Source: Collodictyon triciliatum (lineage: Eukaryota). Taken from it: DNA of 36,331 nucleotides. This document shows, in pieces, positions 1 to 12,538 of the stretch. Location of the stretch: positions 1 to 36,331 of the forward strand of contig JBHJMP010001117.1 of assembly GCA_043381765.1 (NCBI GenBank), read 5' to 3'. The notes under the pieces are model-generated. The model was not told the DNA's origin. It was given only the letters and a program-made list of their open reading frames with translations, and made no database searches. A program made the position numbers and the translations under genes. Each line of letters starts with the position of its first letter. Positions within the stretch are counted from its first letter, which is position 1.

Positions 1-104
1 TCTCTCTTTCTCTTTTTTCTCTCTTTCTCTTTTTTCTCTCTTTCTCTTTTTTCTCTCTTTCTCTTTTTTCTCTCTTTCTCTTTTTTCTCTCTTTCTCTTT
101 TTTC
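1..104. repeat. Pyrimidine-rich tandem repeat (~17-nt unit TCTCTCTTTCTCTTTTT) in an intron of the PDE gene
   Basis: Directly visible tandem units ending shortly before the acceptor ...AAACAG at 128. Confidence 0.9.
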
Positions 105-128
105 TTATGTCTTTGAATATTTAAACAG

Positions 129-3100
129 CTTTACAACGACAATGCCGTTGCAAGACGGCGAAGCGAGGCTTTGTTGGGAATGGTCCGATCTGTTTATGAA
201 TCAGAGGATATTAAGAAATTGTTCAAAAATATTCTCGAATGCATCGAAAACATCCTACAACCAGAACGTGCATCCCTTGTTCTCGTTGATGCTGTTACTG
301 GAGGTCAGACACCATTCATTGACGATGGAACATGTCAAATAGCCTACGAAAGAAACATGATTGCAGCTGACATGTTTCATCTTATCTTCTTCCATCCACT
401 TAGTTTTTCTGTGTACACGAGTCAATTTTTAATATTGCCCTTGGAACGTACAAAACAGAAATGTGGCTTGCTGTTTCAGAGGATGCCGAGGGGGCCAAAA
501 TACCGCCAGGAAAAGGAATAGTCCATTATGTAATCAAAGAAAAGCAATCAGTTAGGGTATCCGACGCCTATAAGGATGAGCGCTTCAATAGTGCTGTTGA
601 CAAGTTTGTCCTCTTTCCATACTTGAAGAATCCCTATAAATGGTTTCATATGCAGTTATGATTGTTGTTTTGTTACTCTAACTCGGTTTCCTTTTTTTTT
701 TTTTCTTTCTATTTTTCCCCCTCTTCTCTTTCTATGTTTCCTTTTCGGTATTCCTTGATGATACGACCAAAGGGCAACTGGCCTCAGAACAAAGAGCATT
801 CTCTGCTGTCCTGTTATCGACAGTAAATCTAATCGGGCGATTGCAGCCATCCAAGCGATTAACAAAGGAGTTAAGGGTGGCAAAGACCCACAACCCTTCA
901 CCGATGAAGACCAGGTTTGCATACGATGATGATACAGATTGATGTTTAATTAGTAAAATACAATTGGTCGGACATTATCATGGGTGCCTCATTACGACCA
1001 TTATTCGTCAATATGTCATCCAAAGCCAGCAATCTTTTCATATCTATTTTTTATTTCAGGAATTATTGGAAGTTCTATGCTTGGAAGTTGCTACTGCTTT
1101 GAAGAGAAAATCACTTGAAATGGCATATACAAATGTACGAATCTTCTTTCTTCTTTTTTTTTTTTAAAAAAAAATAAAATAAAATAACAATCTTACAATT
1201 ATAAAAATTGGGTCAACACACAAGTATCTTCATTTTAAAAAAAAAAAAATCAATGTTCTGTGTTTTTATTCCCTTAATGCTCCGTAGTCTTTTTAAGCAT
1301 CGTCTTATTTTCAGGCCATCTCTGAGCATACACGAGGACGAAGCACATCACAATCACGGAGTGTTACATCTTTCTTGCTGTATGCTGGAAGCTCAGAAAC
1401 AACTAGTTTTATCTCCAGTGTCTCCATGAAGGGAACGCACACAAGCAAAATGATGAAATGGCCCTCATGTAATCCCATTTTAATCACGTAAAGTTGATAT
1501 CAAAGATTCAGCACAGACAGCCATGCTGAACAACGAAAATTATTTTGCTTTGAATAATCTTGGACTTGCCTTTCTTTTCATTGTCGTGCGCGAAACAGGC
1601 CAAGTTGTCGACGTTGCCGAGTACAAAAACTGGGATTTTGACCCTTGGAGTGTGGAGGAGCCAAAATTACTCATCATCATCGAAAAGATATTTGATGAGC
1701 TTGGGTGTCTATCAGGTAAAAGTCTACACATATATACATAAAGTACACATAAAACGGCTGCCATCCACAATCTTACGTCGCTTTCTCTGGCAGAGTTGAG
1801 GGTCGAGCAGCCTGTTTTTCAAAAGTTTTTGATTCAAGTCCGTGACAAATACCGGCCAAACCCTTTCCACAATTTCACGCACGCATTCTCGGTCTTACAT
1901 CAAGTTTACATGGGCATTTCAAGCTCGCAAACTCTCCAGTCGATGGATAGGTGAGCACCAATTTATACAATTGTATTCATTATAGCGTTCAGAAGGAGTC
2001 TTTTCGCGACAAAATAAATCCTGGTGGTTTGGCGGTATCGCACATTCATCTATCGAATATTCACGCGCTATTGGGTAGGATGTATTTGGCATCTTTGCTG
2101 ATTGCAGCTTTGGGACATGACCTTGACCATCCAGGCCACACCAATCAGTTTGAAATCAACACCCGCTCCAAACTTACACTTCGCTACAACGTATGTCCTA
2201 TAAATTCTGTCAAGTATCAATTTTTTTTAAGACATTATTTATGTGTTGAATTCCCCTTTTCTCCAATCATTTCAGCCTCATGTTCTGAAATGGCATCAAC
2301 GAACATACAGATAAGCGAGTGGTCCAATCTAAATTATTTTTTTGAAATTAAAAAATTCAATTATACTCGCTAATAGGATATATCTGTGCTGGAGAACCAT
2401 CACGCTTCGGTTCTTGTGAAGCTGATTGAAAGCCCTGAAATAAAACTTCTTGCGAATCTTCCTGCCGATACTGCTGTCAAAGTTCGCAAAATCATCGTCG
2501 AGTCGATTATGCATACAGGTGAATAGAGAAACTATATCCATCTGCCATGTCTGTAATAAAACAAACAAAAAACATATTCAATGAAAGAAAACAGTTCATA
2601 TTCCTTTAATTTTCTTCATGCATACACATCACCAGATTTGTAGGCTTAACACTTTCAAATGTAGACATGTCCAAACACTTTGATTTGGTGACGAAGCTCA
2701 AAGCTATGTGCGCAAGTTCCACTCCGATCGAAGTATCCACCCCGGCTCAGTGTCAGTTTGTTGTGAATATGATATTGCACTGTGGCGACCTCTCAGGTTT
2801 CATTCATACGCGACCTCATGAACGGATATGTTAATTAGTTGATCGATGCATCAATTTGTATTGAAAAGGATCTTGCTGATTACAATCATTCATATTCTAG
2901 GACAAACACTGACACGCGACTTGGCTTTGAAGTGGGGAGATCGCGTCATCCAAGAGTTTGCCAACCAGGTGAACAGAGATTTTCCTTTCCTTTCCTTTCT
3001 TTCTCCTACACGATTTTTTTTTAAAAAGAAAAAGAAAAAAATGAGGTAAAGTCGAACGAGACATCTCTACTTCAAAGGCTTAATTGGAATATATTTATCT

Positions 3101-3502
3101 ATTCAACCAGGCTGCTATGGAGCGGGAACAAGGCATCCCCGTGCTGCCGTTCATGGAGAAGCTAACGGAAGAGAAAGACAAAGCCTCGATGCAAATGAAC
3201 TTTGTTGACTATGTTTTGAAGCCCATGTGGGAGGTGAGGCTTCCTACTTTCTTCGCCAATACCTGGCAAAAAGTGAATCAATTGCTGAATCAGATGTGCG
3301 CATGAATAGAATCAAAAGACATAATAACAATTATCAACAGCGCCTGCAATATGTAAATATGTACGCTCATACTTTCTCCTACACACAGTCTGTCAGCGAA
3401 CTATTTCCTGGTTTGAAAGTCAAGTATCAGAACCTCATGGATATTCGCCAGTACTACGTCGACGTTATCAACCCACCCGCTGCCACCTCGAGCGATGTTT
3501 AA
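129..3502 (+). CDS. GAF-domain class I 3',5'-cyclic nucleotide phosphodiesterase (5' end outside window; 13 exons here)
   Basis: Phase-compatible GT-AG exons 129-303, 459-603, 773-914, 1060-1134, 1315-1468, 1599-1715, 1794-1950, 2079-2190, 2377-2518, 2665-2796, 2901-2968, 3111-3233, 3389-3502 (TAA). GAF motifs: DAYKDERFNSAVDKATGLRTKSILCCP and INK...FTDED. PDEase motifs: NPFHNFTHAFSV, HDLDHPGHTNQF, SVLENHHA, TDMSKHF, HCGDLSG, EFANQ, QMNFVDYVLKP. Confidence 0.95.
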
Positions 3503-3571
3503 GCTAATTAAATGATGAGGAATGCACCTGGCTACTCTGAGAATGAAATAATTGATTTGATGGATTAGATT

Positions 3572-3820
3572 GATTGGTTGGTTGGTTGGTTGGTTGGTTG
3601 GTTGGTTGGTTGGTTGGTTGTTTGATTGTTTGATTGTTTGATTGTTTGATTGTTTGATTGTTTGATTGTTTGATTGTTTGATTGTTTGATTGTTTGATTG
3701 TTTGATTGTTTGATTGTTTGATTGTTTGATTGTTTGATTGTTTGATTGTTTGATTGATCGATTGATCGATTGATTGGTTAGATTGATTGAATTGTTTGTT
3801 TGATTGAATTGTTTGATTGT
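3572..3820. repeat. Compound microsatellite (TTGG)n then (TTTGATTG)n between convergent 3' ends
   Basis: Directly visible. Confidence 0.95.
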
Positions 3821-4141
3821 GGGATTTGAAAAGCCTATATTATCACATCGTCACAATAGGAGGAAGTAATTGAGATGCAAAGAGGAAAAATGTCTCAAAG
3901 TGCTGGCTGCGACAACTGCGCGCGCATAGAATAGAACAAAGGCCATCTACTTCTGCTCCTTTATTTGTATTGCCTTTCATAAGTTTTTGAACAGGCTTGA
4001 GAGTGAGATAAGTGTTAGGGCGAACATCATCCAACCCAGCTCTTGCTCTCTTCAATCCCTTCTTATTCTTTGAAAGAGATGACAATGTGGCAGAAAGAAA
4101 GAAGAGAGAAAGGGACGGAAAGAACGACGGCAAGTCCCTCT

Positions 4142-6989
4142 CTAAAGAGCTGGAGACGGCGGTTCAATGGCGACCTGGCCATTCTTTGTGAACTTGTCCA
4201 TGCGAACCGACTCCTGGTCGTCCTGCCGAGCATGGTAAGCATTGTCGTGCGATGGCACGTGTCCAGTGACACAGCAGCAGAGAACATCCTGGCGTAGGAG
4301 AGGCGAATATATTACACGGTGCACGAAACTCGTCGCTCTTTGCAGTCATGGGTAAGATTTTCTATGGATTTGAGTCATGATGCATCTACAAACAAACTCA
4401 CCCTTGTCTCGTGAATCAGATCGATACAGCTGATTGCAGTAAAAACATCCTACAAACGTTTGCGTCAAATTCATTTTTTCTTCTTTTGAGATACAAGAAG
4501 CACACAACATCGGCACAAGGGAAATGCGATGATGAGATTCAGCGCCAGGGTGGCTTGCCAGAGAGAAGTGCAAAGTAGGTCGACTCATTCGAAAGGGAAT
4601 ATACGGAAGATGCCTCGAAGGGTATCTTGGCAGGTTGTCCTCCGGTCGATGACTGCTCGATACATTCGGACACAGGGAATGCCCAGTGCAAGGAGAAGGC
4701 AGCAGCGACCATCTCGAAGGAAACGAGGAATGCCTGATTCAAAGGCTGTTAGTGGCGGGCTTTCAACTGTTATAAACCATTATGTTGTATGCCTTCGTCT
4801 TTAATTTTGGTTTAACGACTTGGCTTTTGATTTTTCAAAATTTCATATAATCCATCCTATGAGTGCAGACACTGAGACGAAAATAAAGTGAATACTGGTT
4901 TCTGTTCTCCATTTCCATTTGCCCAGAGAGGGTCAAAACGAAAACAATAGCTATGAAAATGAAAATGAAAATACAAGGCCAAGTATTACCTGAAGAACAT
5001 GGGCAAACTCGGTTGAGGAGAAATCAGGGCGACTCTCGATGCGGTCGGTATTGAGTGCCTGCACAAGGATGAACTCTTGGCTGGGTATAAGGAGCGTTGA
5101 TATGTAAGAGAACTGAGATTCGTATAGCAGCGAAATAAGAGAGAAGAGGATGCATTCTTATGTGTTAATTCCCTGACAATACAGCGCTATGGCGCGTATT
5201 TTGATACGTGTGGTCAAAAGTCAAAAGGGTGTATTAAAAAAAAATATGAACATAATTACATACACAAGGGTAATGAAAATGACCAGCTTGATACAAAGGA
5301 ACTTCAAGAATGGATTGAATGATTTCAAATCTTCGACAGTGACGCGGTAGAATTGGAGAAGAGCGACCATAGCAATCTGGAGCATAAAGTGTAAATGCTA
5401 AATTAACGGGTACGTGCGAGAATAACACTAGTCTATTATCAACATCTTCATCTTAGTGAGGTTATGTTGTATTTGTTAGAGTATATGCAGTATCGAAAAC
5501 AGAGCTAAATAGAGAAAGGGGAAGGAAAGAAGAAAAAACTTTGTTCAAATGGTACTATACCACAAGCGAAATGAGGGACAATATCCGAAGCCAATCAACA
5601 CCACCAGCATGAGCTTCATGACTCAAGAATAGAATTAAAATGGATAAATACATCTAAAACTGAATACCTGTGCGCTTCAATCAGCAAAATTCAGTCGAGT
5701 GATATATTCTGGATATGTGAGTATAGAAATTGCTTCTTTTTTTTTTGGAGTTATATCAATTCAAAGCAAGTGAAATAACATATATGGTAGCTTACCCACT
5801 GGCCTTAACAACGAATTCTATAAATGCGATGATTGGCTTCATATAGACGAATTGAAGGATCGAACGCTTTACTCTTAACAGGAATTGCCTAAAAATATAC
5901 AAAATATTTTTACAACAGGATTAGTAAATGAGCTCATATATTCGTCTTGATTTCGTTGAGAGGGAAAAATTATAAACACTTGAAATTTATAATGCTAATA
6001 AAACTCTGAGAAGTTGCCCAAAATTAATAAGAAGGGTAGTTATTCAGTGAACTCAAAGTGTACGAGTCTACGGTGATGGGTCCACTCAGAAAGCCGATTA
6101 CACCGCCCAGTCTAACAGGAGGTTTATCTCTGTGCATGGCCACAAGGGCATCTTCTCCGCCGATGTATTTCATCAATAGAGTGAGAAACAGGAAAATAAC
6201 ATATGCCTCGTAACTACAGTAATAGTACATTAATACCTTGATGAAAACAAACAAATGAAAAAGCATTCTGTTTATGAACGAAATGTCCCTTGTTAGTTAG
6301 ATTATTATTCTTATTTTGTGGATAAGAGAAGATACTGAAAATGATAGACATTTTCTCGAAAGCAAATATGATTATATGCTTGGATTGTATTTCACGCCGC
6401 GTTAACTTCAGGGCATACAATTCAATGAATTTCAAGATGAAGTGCGGAGACCATCTTACCCATCGCGGATAATTGCAAAGACATAGGGTGCGATAGTTTT
6501 GATAGAAGCCACACTTAGAACTGACTCTGCAACGAAAATCTGCAAAGCATTCTCAACTCAATTAATACCGGCATGTTCAAATCGAAGAGAAAATGAATGA
6601 GCAACATGATATATATATATGCTGATGAAAATAAATGTACTGGGGGCAGGAATAGAATGCGAACAATCAATGTTTGGATGTGCGGTTGGACATAATTGTT
6701 TAGGTGTTGAGAAATCAGATGAAACGAAAAGATGCACGTCAGCATCATCCCGATCGCTAGTGTATTGAGCAGGTAATAGGAGGAAGAAGAAAATTATGTT
6801 TATAGTTAGACCGATATGTGGGTTGAGAGTCATAGCACTCTCAATCTGTTAATATGAAAAGAAGAAAAGTGTATTCACTGTCGGTATTTTGGAGGACGAA
6901 TACACTTTCTTCTAACACTACAAACCAGTGACGATGACCCATATGCCCAGCTCTGTGAGCTTCTCACTATAATCCACCTGGACTGTCAT
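4142..6989 (-). CDS. TMEM184: TMEM184 / organic solute transporter alpha (Solute_trans_a, LAZ1-like) multi-pass membrane protein
   Basis: Phase-compatible GT-AG exons from ATG 6989 (MTVQVDYSEK) to TAG 4144-4142. Family motifs: HLNNYVQPHIQTLIVRILFLPP, IRDGYEAYVIFLF, ILQFVYMKPI, LLQFY...FNPFLKFLCIKLVIF, LQAFLVSFEMVAAAFSLHWAF. The last two or three exons are less certain. Confidence 0.92.
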
Positions 6990-7141
6990 TCGGCAAGGCC
7001 AAGCGAACAACGAACTGCTGCAAACAAACGCACAATAAACAAGAGCTGATTTGAGAAGAAGAAGAAAAAAAGGGGCACGACTTTGTCGAGTGGATGGTTG
7101 ACATATGCCACTCGGGCCTTGCGTTTTGCTCCTTTTGCTTG

Positions 7142-7247
7142 GTTTTGTTTTGTTTTGTTTTGTTTTGTTTTGTTTTGTTTTGTTTTGTTTTGTTTTGTTT
7201 TGTTTTGTTTTGTTTTGTTTTGTTTTGTTTTGTTTTGTTTTGTTTTG
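7142..7247. repeat. (GTTTT)n microsatellite upstream of the TMEM184-like start
   Basis: Directly visible; it produces the spurious KQNKT/FCFVL ORFs. Confidence 0.95.
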
Positions 7248-7745
7248 CTGCGCGAAAAAGCTTGAACAAGTGGCAGGTTTTGTGCCATGCTCGAAGAAAA
7301 AGTCTTTGTAGTCTTCATTGGTTGTGGGATCCAAAGATCGCAAGCTGTTCCAGTGGTCTTACCAGAGCACACATATGCACGCCCAAGCAGAGTTGCGAGT
7401 GGCTGGGAATTGTGGAGTTGGGAGCATGTCGGGGTAAAATAAAATACGAAGGAGAAATGACAACTCAAAAGTTCATCCTGTAATTACAACCAAGGGGCGA
7501 CATAGATGTTTTGAATCGAATAAAGGAATGTGGGATTCTGCCAAGCTACCGCCCCAGCCCCGTCTGGTTGGTGTGTTTTAAGCATTGTGCTTGTGTTGGA
7601 TACATCTCTCGAATATCAGCTTCGCTTTTATTCTATTGGCTGAAACAAATTATGACTCTTTATCTAGACACGGATGAACAGGGCCATCTCTTCCTTTTGC
7701 CCCTTCGGGTTCCTTAAGCAGCAAGGCAGGGCCGCGGTGGCTCTG

Positions 7746-9433
7746 CTATTCCATCTCTTGGAGGACTGCGTATTTTTTATTCGGGTGGTTACATGTCGAA
7801 ATGGTATTGATGTTGGGCTTTGAAAAAAAAAAAAAAAACAGGGACAAATCTTTTTGAATGAATGAAACCTATTATGCCACCCGTTTTGGGACTTCGCTTT
7901 GCAGCCTTTTTCCCACTCCCACTTTCCTTCTATAAAGATTCCAGTTGACCAGTGAATTTTTACTTATCCATTTCGATTCGTCACAAACCATGAATATTAA
8001 GAGTTGTAAAATAATAAATAAGAGAAGAAGAAAAACAGAGCAGTTCGAGTACTTGAGATAATGAAGGGAAAAAATCTCATACAAAGAATAAGATACCACT
8101 AAATGGCAGTTGATTAAAAAAATACTGTAATCTTTTCTATTCCTCGTCTTGTTTGGTCGGCATTTAAATCAGAAAGCTTCTCACAAATATTGCAGTGGTG
8201 CTTGTGCCGTCTCCGATGTTGATTGCATGCTATCGTTTTTAAAAGACATAAAAATGGATTAAAGGTACATTTGCAATATCTTGAGTATAAATGTATGTCG
8301 ATATATTTGAACTGGTGAATAAAAAAAACCATTGAAAATAGGCGAGGTTGTTCCCAGCTAGAAGCAGACTTTTGGTTTGTAGTTGCAACACGCGGCACAC
8401 AAATATGGATTATTTTCAGTCGGAAACTCTGCATTTCTGAAATCAAAAAAAAAAAAAAAACATAAAGTTTGTTAGCCATCCCACACCGAAACCATGGATG
8501 ATAAAGAAAGGATACTAGCACAAAATATCCACAGAAACAAAGTCTGCATGTTTAAAGGGCTGACAAGAAGTACAAAAAAATACATAAAACAGTCATGCGA
8601 GCAGAAATTAAGTGCTTACAAGAGACCCAATGAGAATCTAGACAAGGTCATCATGCCATCCTTCATACCTTCCAAAAAGAAAGTTGAAATATTGCTTACG
8701 TTAATGAATTCATCGTCGATTTTCTTTCCCTTAGAACCCTATGTCGAATCTCAATCATTTATAGCAAATGCGAACAAGAAAACAACTCACTTGTCGCGGA
8801 GCAGGCTTTTCTCTGTGGCTCATCGCAAGAATTTTCGAACCTCCCCACTTTTCCTACAAATCTGATTGGAAACAAAAATATGTGGATGAGAAAACTCTGA
8901 ATGTCCTGCGAATTGGCATTCCAATATCATTTGCGATATCATTTGTTTACAAAAATACTGTATCACACATTAAAACGTATTGGATAGAATGAATTCTGCC
9001 TTAGCATACCATAACAAACAAACAAACAAACAAAAAACAAATCATAAACAAACAGAATGGTTGTCTCGTAAAGGCCCGATGGAAAACTTGATGTCGAAGA
9101 CTCTCCTGAAGAGGTGCACATGGCAGGCGCCTCGCGTGATGAATCAAACGCCTCATCATTTTCCAGGTAAATGTCGCTCTCTAATGAGCTATGAAAGCTC
9201 TGGAAACGTCTCTCACCGTCGCGCCCTCGTTTCGAAAAGAAATCACGGCCATTTCCTATGCTCCCTGTTCCATGGATATTCTCAACTGAGACATTACCCG
9301 TTGAGTGCCCTAGCAGCCCTCCACAAACATCAGGCGATTCTCGCACACAAACCCCACACAGCTTGGTCTCGTTTCGGATATGCTTGCACCTTTCGTCACC
9401 GCTTCCTATGAATTCCTGGTTGCTTTCCATCAT
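7746..9433 (-). CDS. Probable spliced gene of unknown function (model unresolved; possibly a DMT/EamA-like membrane segment)
   Basis: GC-richer first exon MMESNQEFIGSGDERCKH... (9433 to ~9054), followed by short AG/GT-bounded blocks near 8790-8860, 8618-8635, 8516-8543, 8331-8358, 8185-8229, 8080-8098, 7882-7930 and 7746-7765. More than one reading frame can be chained through them. Confidence 0.4.
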
Positions 9434-10943
9434 TGAAACACAATTGCTGAAGCTCCTATCTTTTGACAAGGTTATTTGAAAGGAGAACAGCCGAAATGCC
9501 GAGAGAAGTATGAAGCACGAGAGGAAGAACAAGAAAAAAAAAAGGGAGGAAGGGAGGAAACGCACACAGATTTATCATTTCAGGACCGCCTTGTACTTTT
9601 CCCGGCTTCCCAAAAATTGACAAAGACTTTCCGGATTTTCACCTTTTAGGTATCGGTAAGAGCGCATCAGGTTCTGTTCTTTAGCGACAAAGTTTTGCGC
9701 CAGCTCGTCACCCGATTATAATTATACAAATAATTTAAAGTCTCAAGAACCAAAACGGCCATGATGCTTTCGCTCTTCTCACAAAAAAAAAATGATTCTT
9801 TACGGCTCTACCTTAGTGCTTAGTAATCTAGTGGGTGCCTTTGAACTTATAGGCGATGGCGGAAAAGGTTGTGTGCAAAAGAAGACGCGAGCTCGGGTGG
9901 TGTGCAAGCTCGCACCACAGACAAGTTCCTCCAACTGGCCAGTCAAAGCTCGACACGACACTCAGATTTCCACTTCAAAATTGTAAGAGCTCTTCATAGC
10001 CACAATTTCACATATGTGGAATATATCTGCTCAAATAAGCCGACGAAGAGCGCGGATAAATGCGTCCGTTTTCGTCCATGAGGTCCTCAATATTTCTACT
10101 TTTGTCCTAATTCTCGCACCACAGATTCGTCGCACTTTATGGTAGCAAGTAGGTGCATGTGAAGTTTGGTCGCGATGTGGTGCCAAATGAGCGCTAGAGT
10201 CGTTTAATCCAGATGACATTACTTCAGAATTCGGGTGGAAAGAACACCTGACACTACATGACTTTATAAAATATGTAGGTATTATATGCAATACCTGAAT
10301 TCATTTTTATGCAGCTTCTCGTATGTCGTGTTAGATAGCAAAATCTTTGATATTATATTATCCACATACATCTATTTGTCCTTCTTCGGATAATAATTGT
10401 CAAAAGACTAAATCTGTATGAACGATTCTAAATACACGGTATTAATAACTCCGTATCTATATTGTCTTTTTTTCGAAAGTTCAAAAATTCAAACAGAGTC
10501 GCCGTTGACAGCCCGCTTCGAACGCAAAGAACCCAAACACACAGATCCTGCATTCCTCGCAGATCTGGGCAGCTCGTGGCCGTGTCGTGTCGGCTCCATT
10601 GGCAGAAAAGCCACTGCAGCAAATGGAATCAATCACCATGCTTGTCTGTCGCGATTGATATTTAACCAGACTCCTGAGCAGAAGCTATTTCGCTTCCCCT
10701 CCGCGCCACAAATGCTTTCCTTTTCTCATTTCAGAGTTTTGGTCCACAGCTCTGCACTGTTCTGCCTCACAATCATCTTGCTTGTCTCCGAGCAATTATG
10801 GATCAAGAAAAGAAAAAAAGAAAAAAAGAAGAAAAGAAGAAAAAATAGAAAGATAAACTGGATCAAGATTTTCTTTGAATGGGATTATGCAGAAATGCGG
10901 TATAAGTGACGCAAAATTATATGAAAGGTCGGGAGAATCAACC

Positions 10944-12446
10944 ATGGAATCAAAGTCGCGTATCGCTGCTCCTTCGTCTCGCTCAGAGATGGGCACAGAG
11001 CGTCAGAAAGCTGCCAAAGACATGTTTTTCGACCCAAAGTTTGAATTTTCAGCCCCGCAGTTCCGCGACTTCAACCGCAGCCTCGACTCCGAAGGAAATC
11101 CTGACTCGTGGTTTGGTGAGTCGACGTTTGTGTTGCATACTTATTTATTCACTGTCGCATTTGTGTGGTTATATATTCGAACGAGTAATAATTGCAGCTA
11201 TTTCTTTCCTGTTGCAAAGTGCGTTTATTTTATTTTATTTTATTTTATTTTTACCTTACAAATATGCCAAAGCTGGGCGGCATTATTGTTAGTTCAAGTA
11301 CACTGAAAAATTAAAGAATGCTGCAGACTTCTTTCAGTTCATATATTGCAGCGGGGAGTGTTTGACTAACGATGAACACACAATCAACTGATTTAGATAG
11401 TCGCTCTTCCAACTGCTCCGCCGACTTTGCTTTGTTGCGCAACCTCTCAACAATTCCTTCATTATCTTTGTCACAGGTTATTTTCATCCAGGGATTTTTT
11501 GTCGAATGTTACGTACAAGTTGAAATAATCTTAAGTATCAAAAAGCGTAGGGAAACTCATGGTTCATGGAATTTCCTTCCTTTTTTTTTGTACTAAATAT
11601 ACAACCTTCAGGGATTTTCCAGTAGCTTCAAGGAAAATGCTGCAAACACTTCTCTCAACTACAAGCCATCCAAACTAGAGAAAAAGCCCCGCTTCGCCTT
11701 CTCTTGCTTGTCTGATAAAGTGAGATGCCTTCAATATAGAACTTTCCTCAGATAGGATATTGTCCATGAATGAGCCGCATTTATTTGTATAATACTGGGA
11801 ATAGCTATATATTTTTAATTCTAATATGAATTGTGAATTTGCAAAGATATCTGCAAATAAGGGAACTCGTGCCTACCAGGGGAAAGATATAGAGGTTTCG
11901 TCAGATTTTCTTCGAAATGCATCGCAGAGCCGGAATCCTTTGAAGGTGTAGAGAAAAGGGAATCATAATAGATAGCCCTTTCATTGGATATAGTTACATA
12001 TAGATTATTCCTCGTATGCTTCGAATATTTTAGCCACTTATTCGCGCTATAATACTGAGAGGACATTTTTGTGACATAAACGCAGGTATCTAACAAACCA
12101 GGAACAAGCATTTCTATGGTAAAATCTGAAACTGTTCCATACACTTTCATCAGCAGAAACAAAGAAGTGAGGCCCAGGGCTAATTTAAATGTAACTCAGT
12201 TATTACCGAATGTATTATTTACATTATATATCACTTACCTTACTCGCATATAAAATATCTATGCAAATGGAATGAATATGCAAAGTCAAAAACACTATTT
12301 TCTAGGGACTCTCGGACATTAGTAAAAGTTGCCAAGTTTCAAAGAAGAAGGTTCTTTTCATAATTCATGAATAACTTCTCGATTTGATGCCTATTAGTGT
12401 GAACCTCTATTTTCATGATTTTTTTATTCTACAAATGTGTTATCAC

Positions 12447-12538
<92 letters not shown>

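Noticed and set aside
6918-7483. ORFs with KQNKT / FCFVL repeats
   Set aside because: Translations of the (GTTTT)n microsatellite; only 6989-6926 is a real TMEM184 exon.
8185-8229. IGDGTST resembling the chaperonin GDGTT motif
   Set aside because: No flanking CCT/BBS chaperonin sequence can be assembled, and there is too little room before TMEM184.
8357-8436. Possible in-frame TAG suggesting stop-codon reassignment
   Set aside because: That TAG works as a splice acceptor. The conserved genes contain no in-frame stops and terminate at TAA, TAG and TGA, consistent with the standard code.
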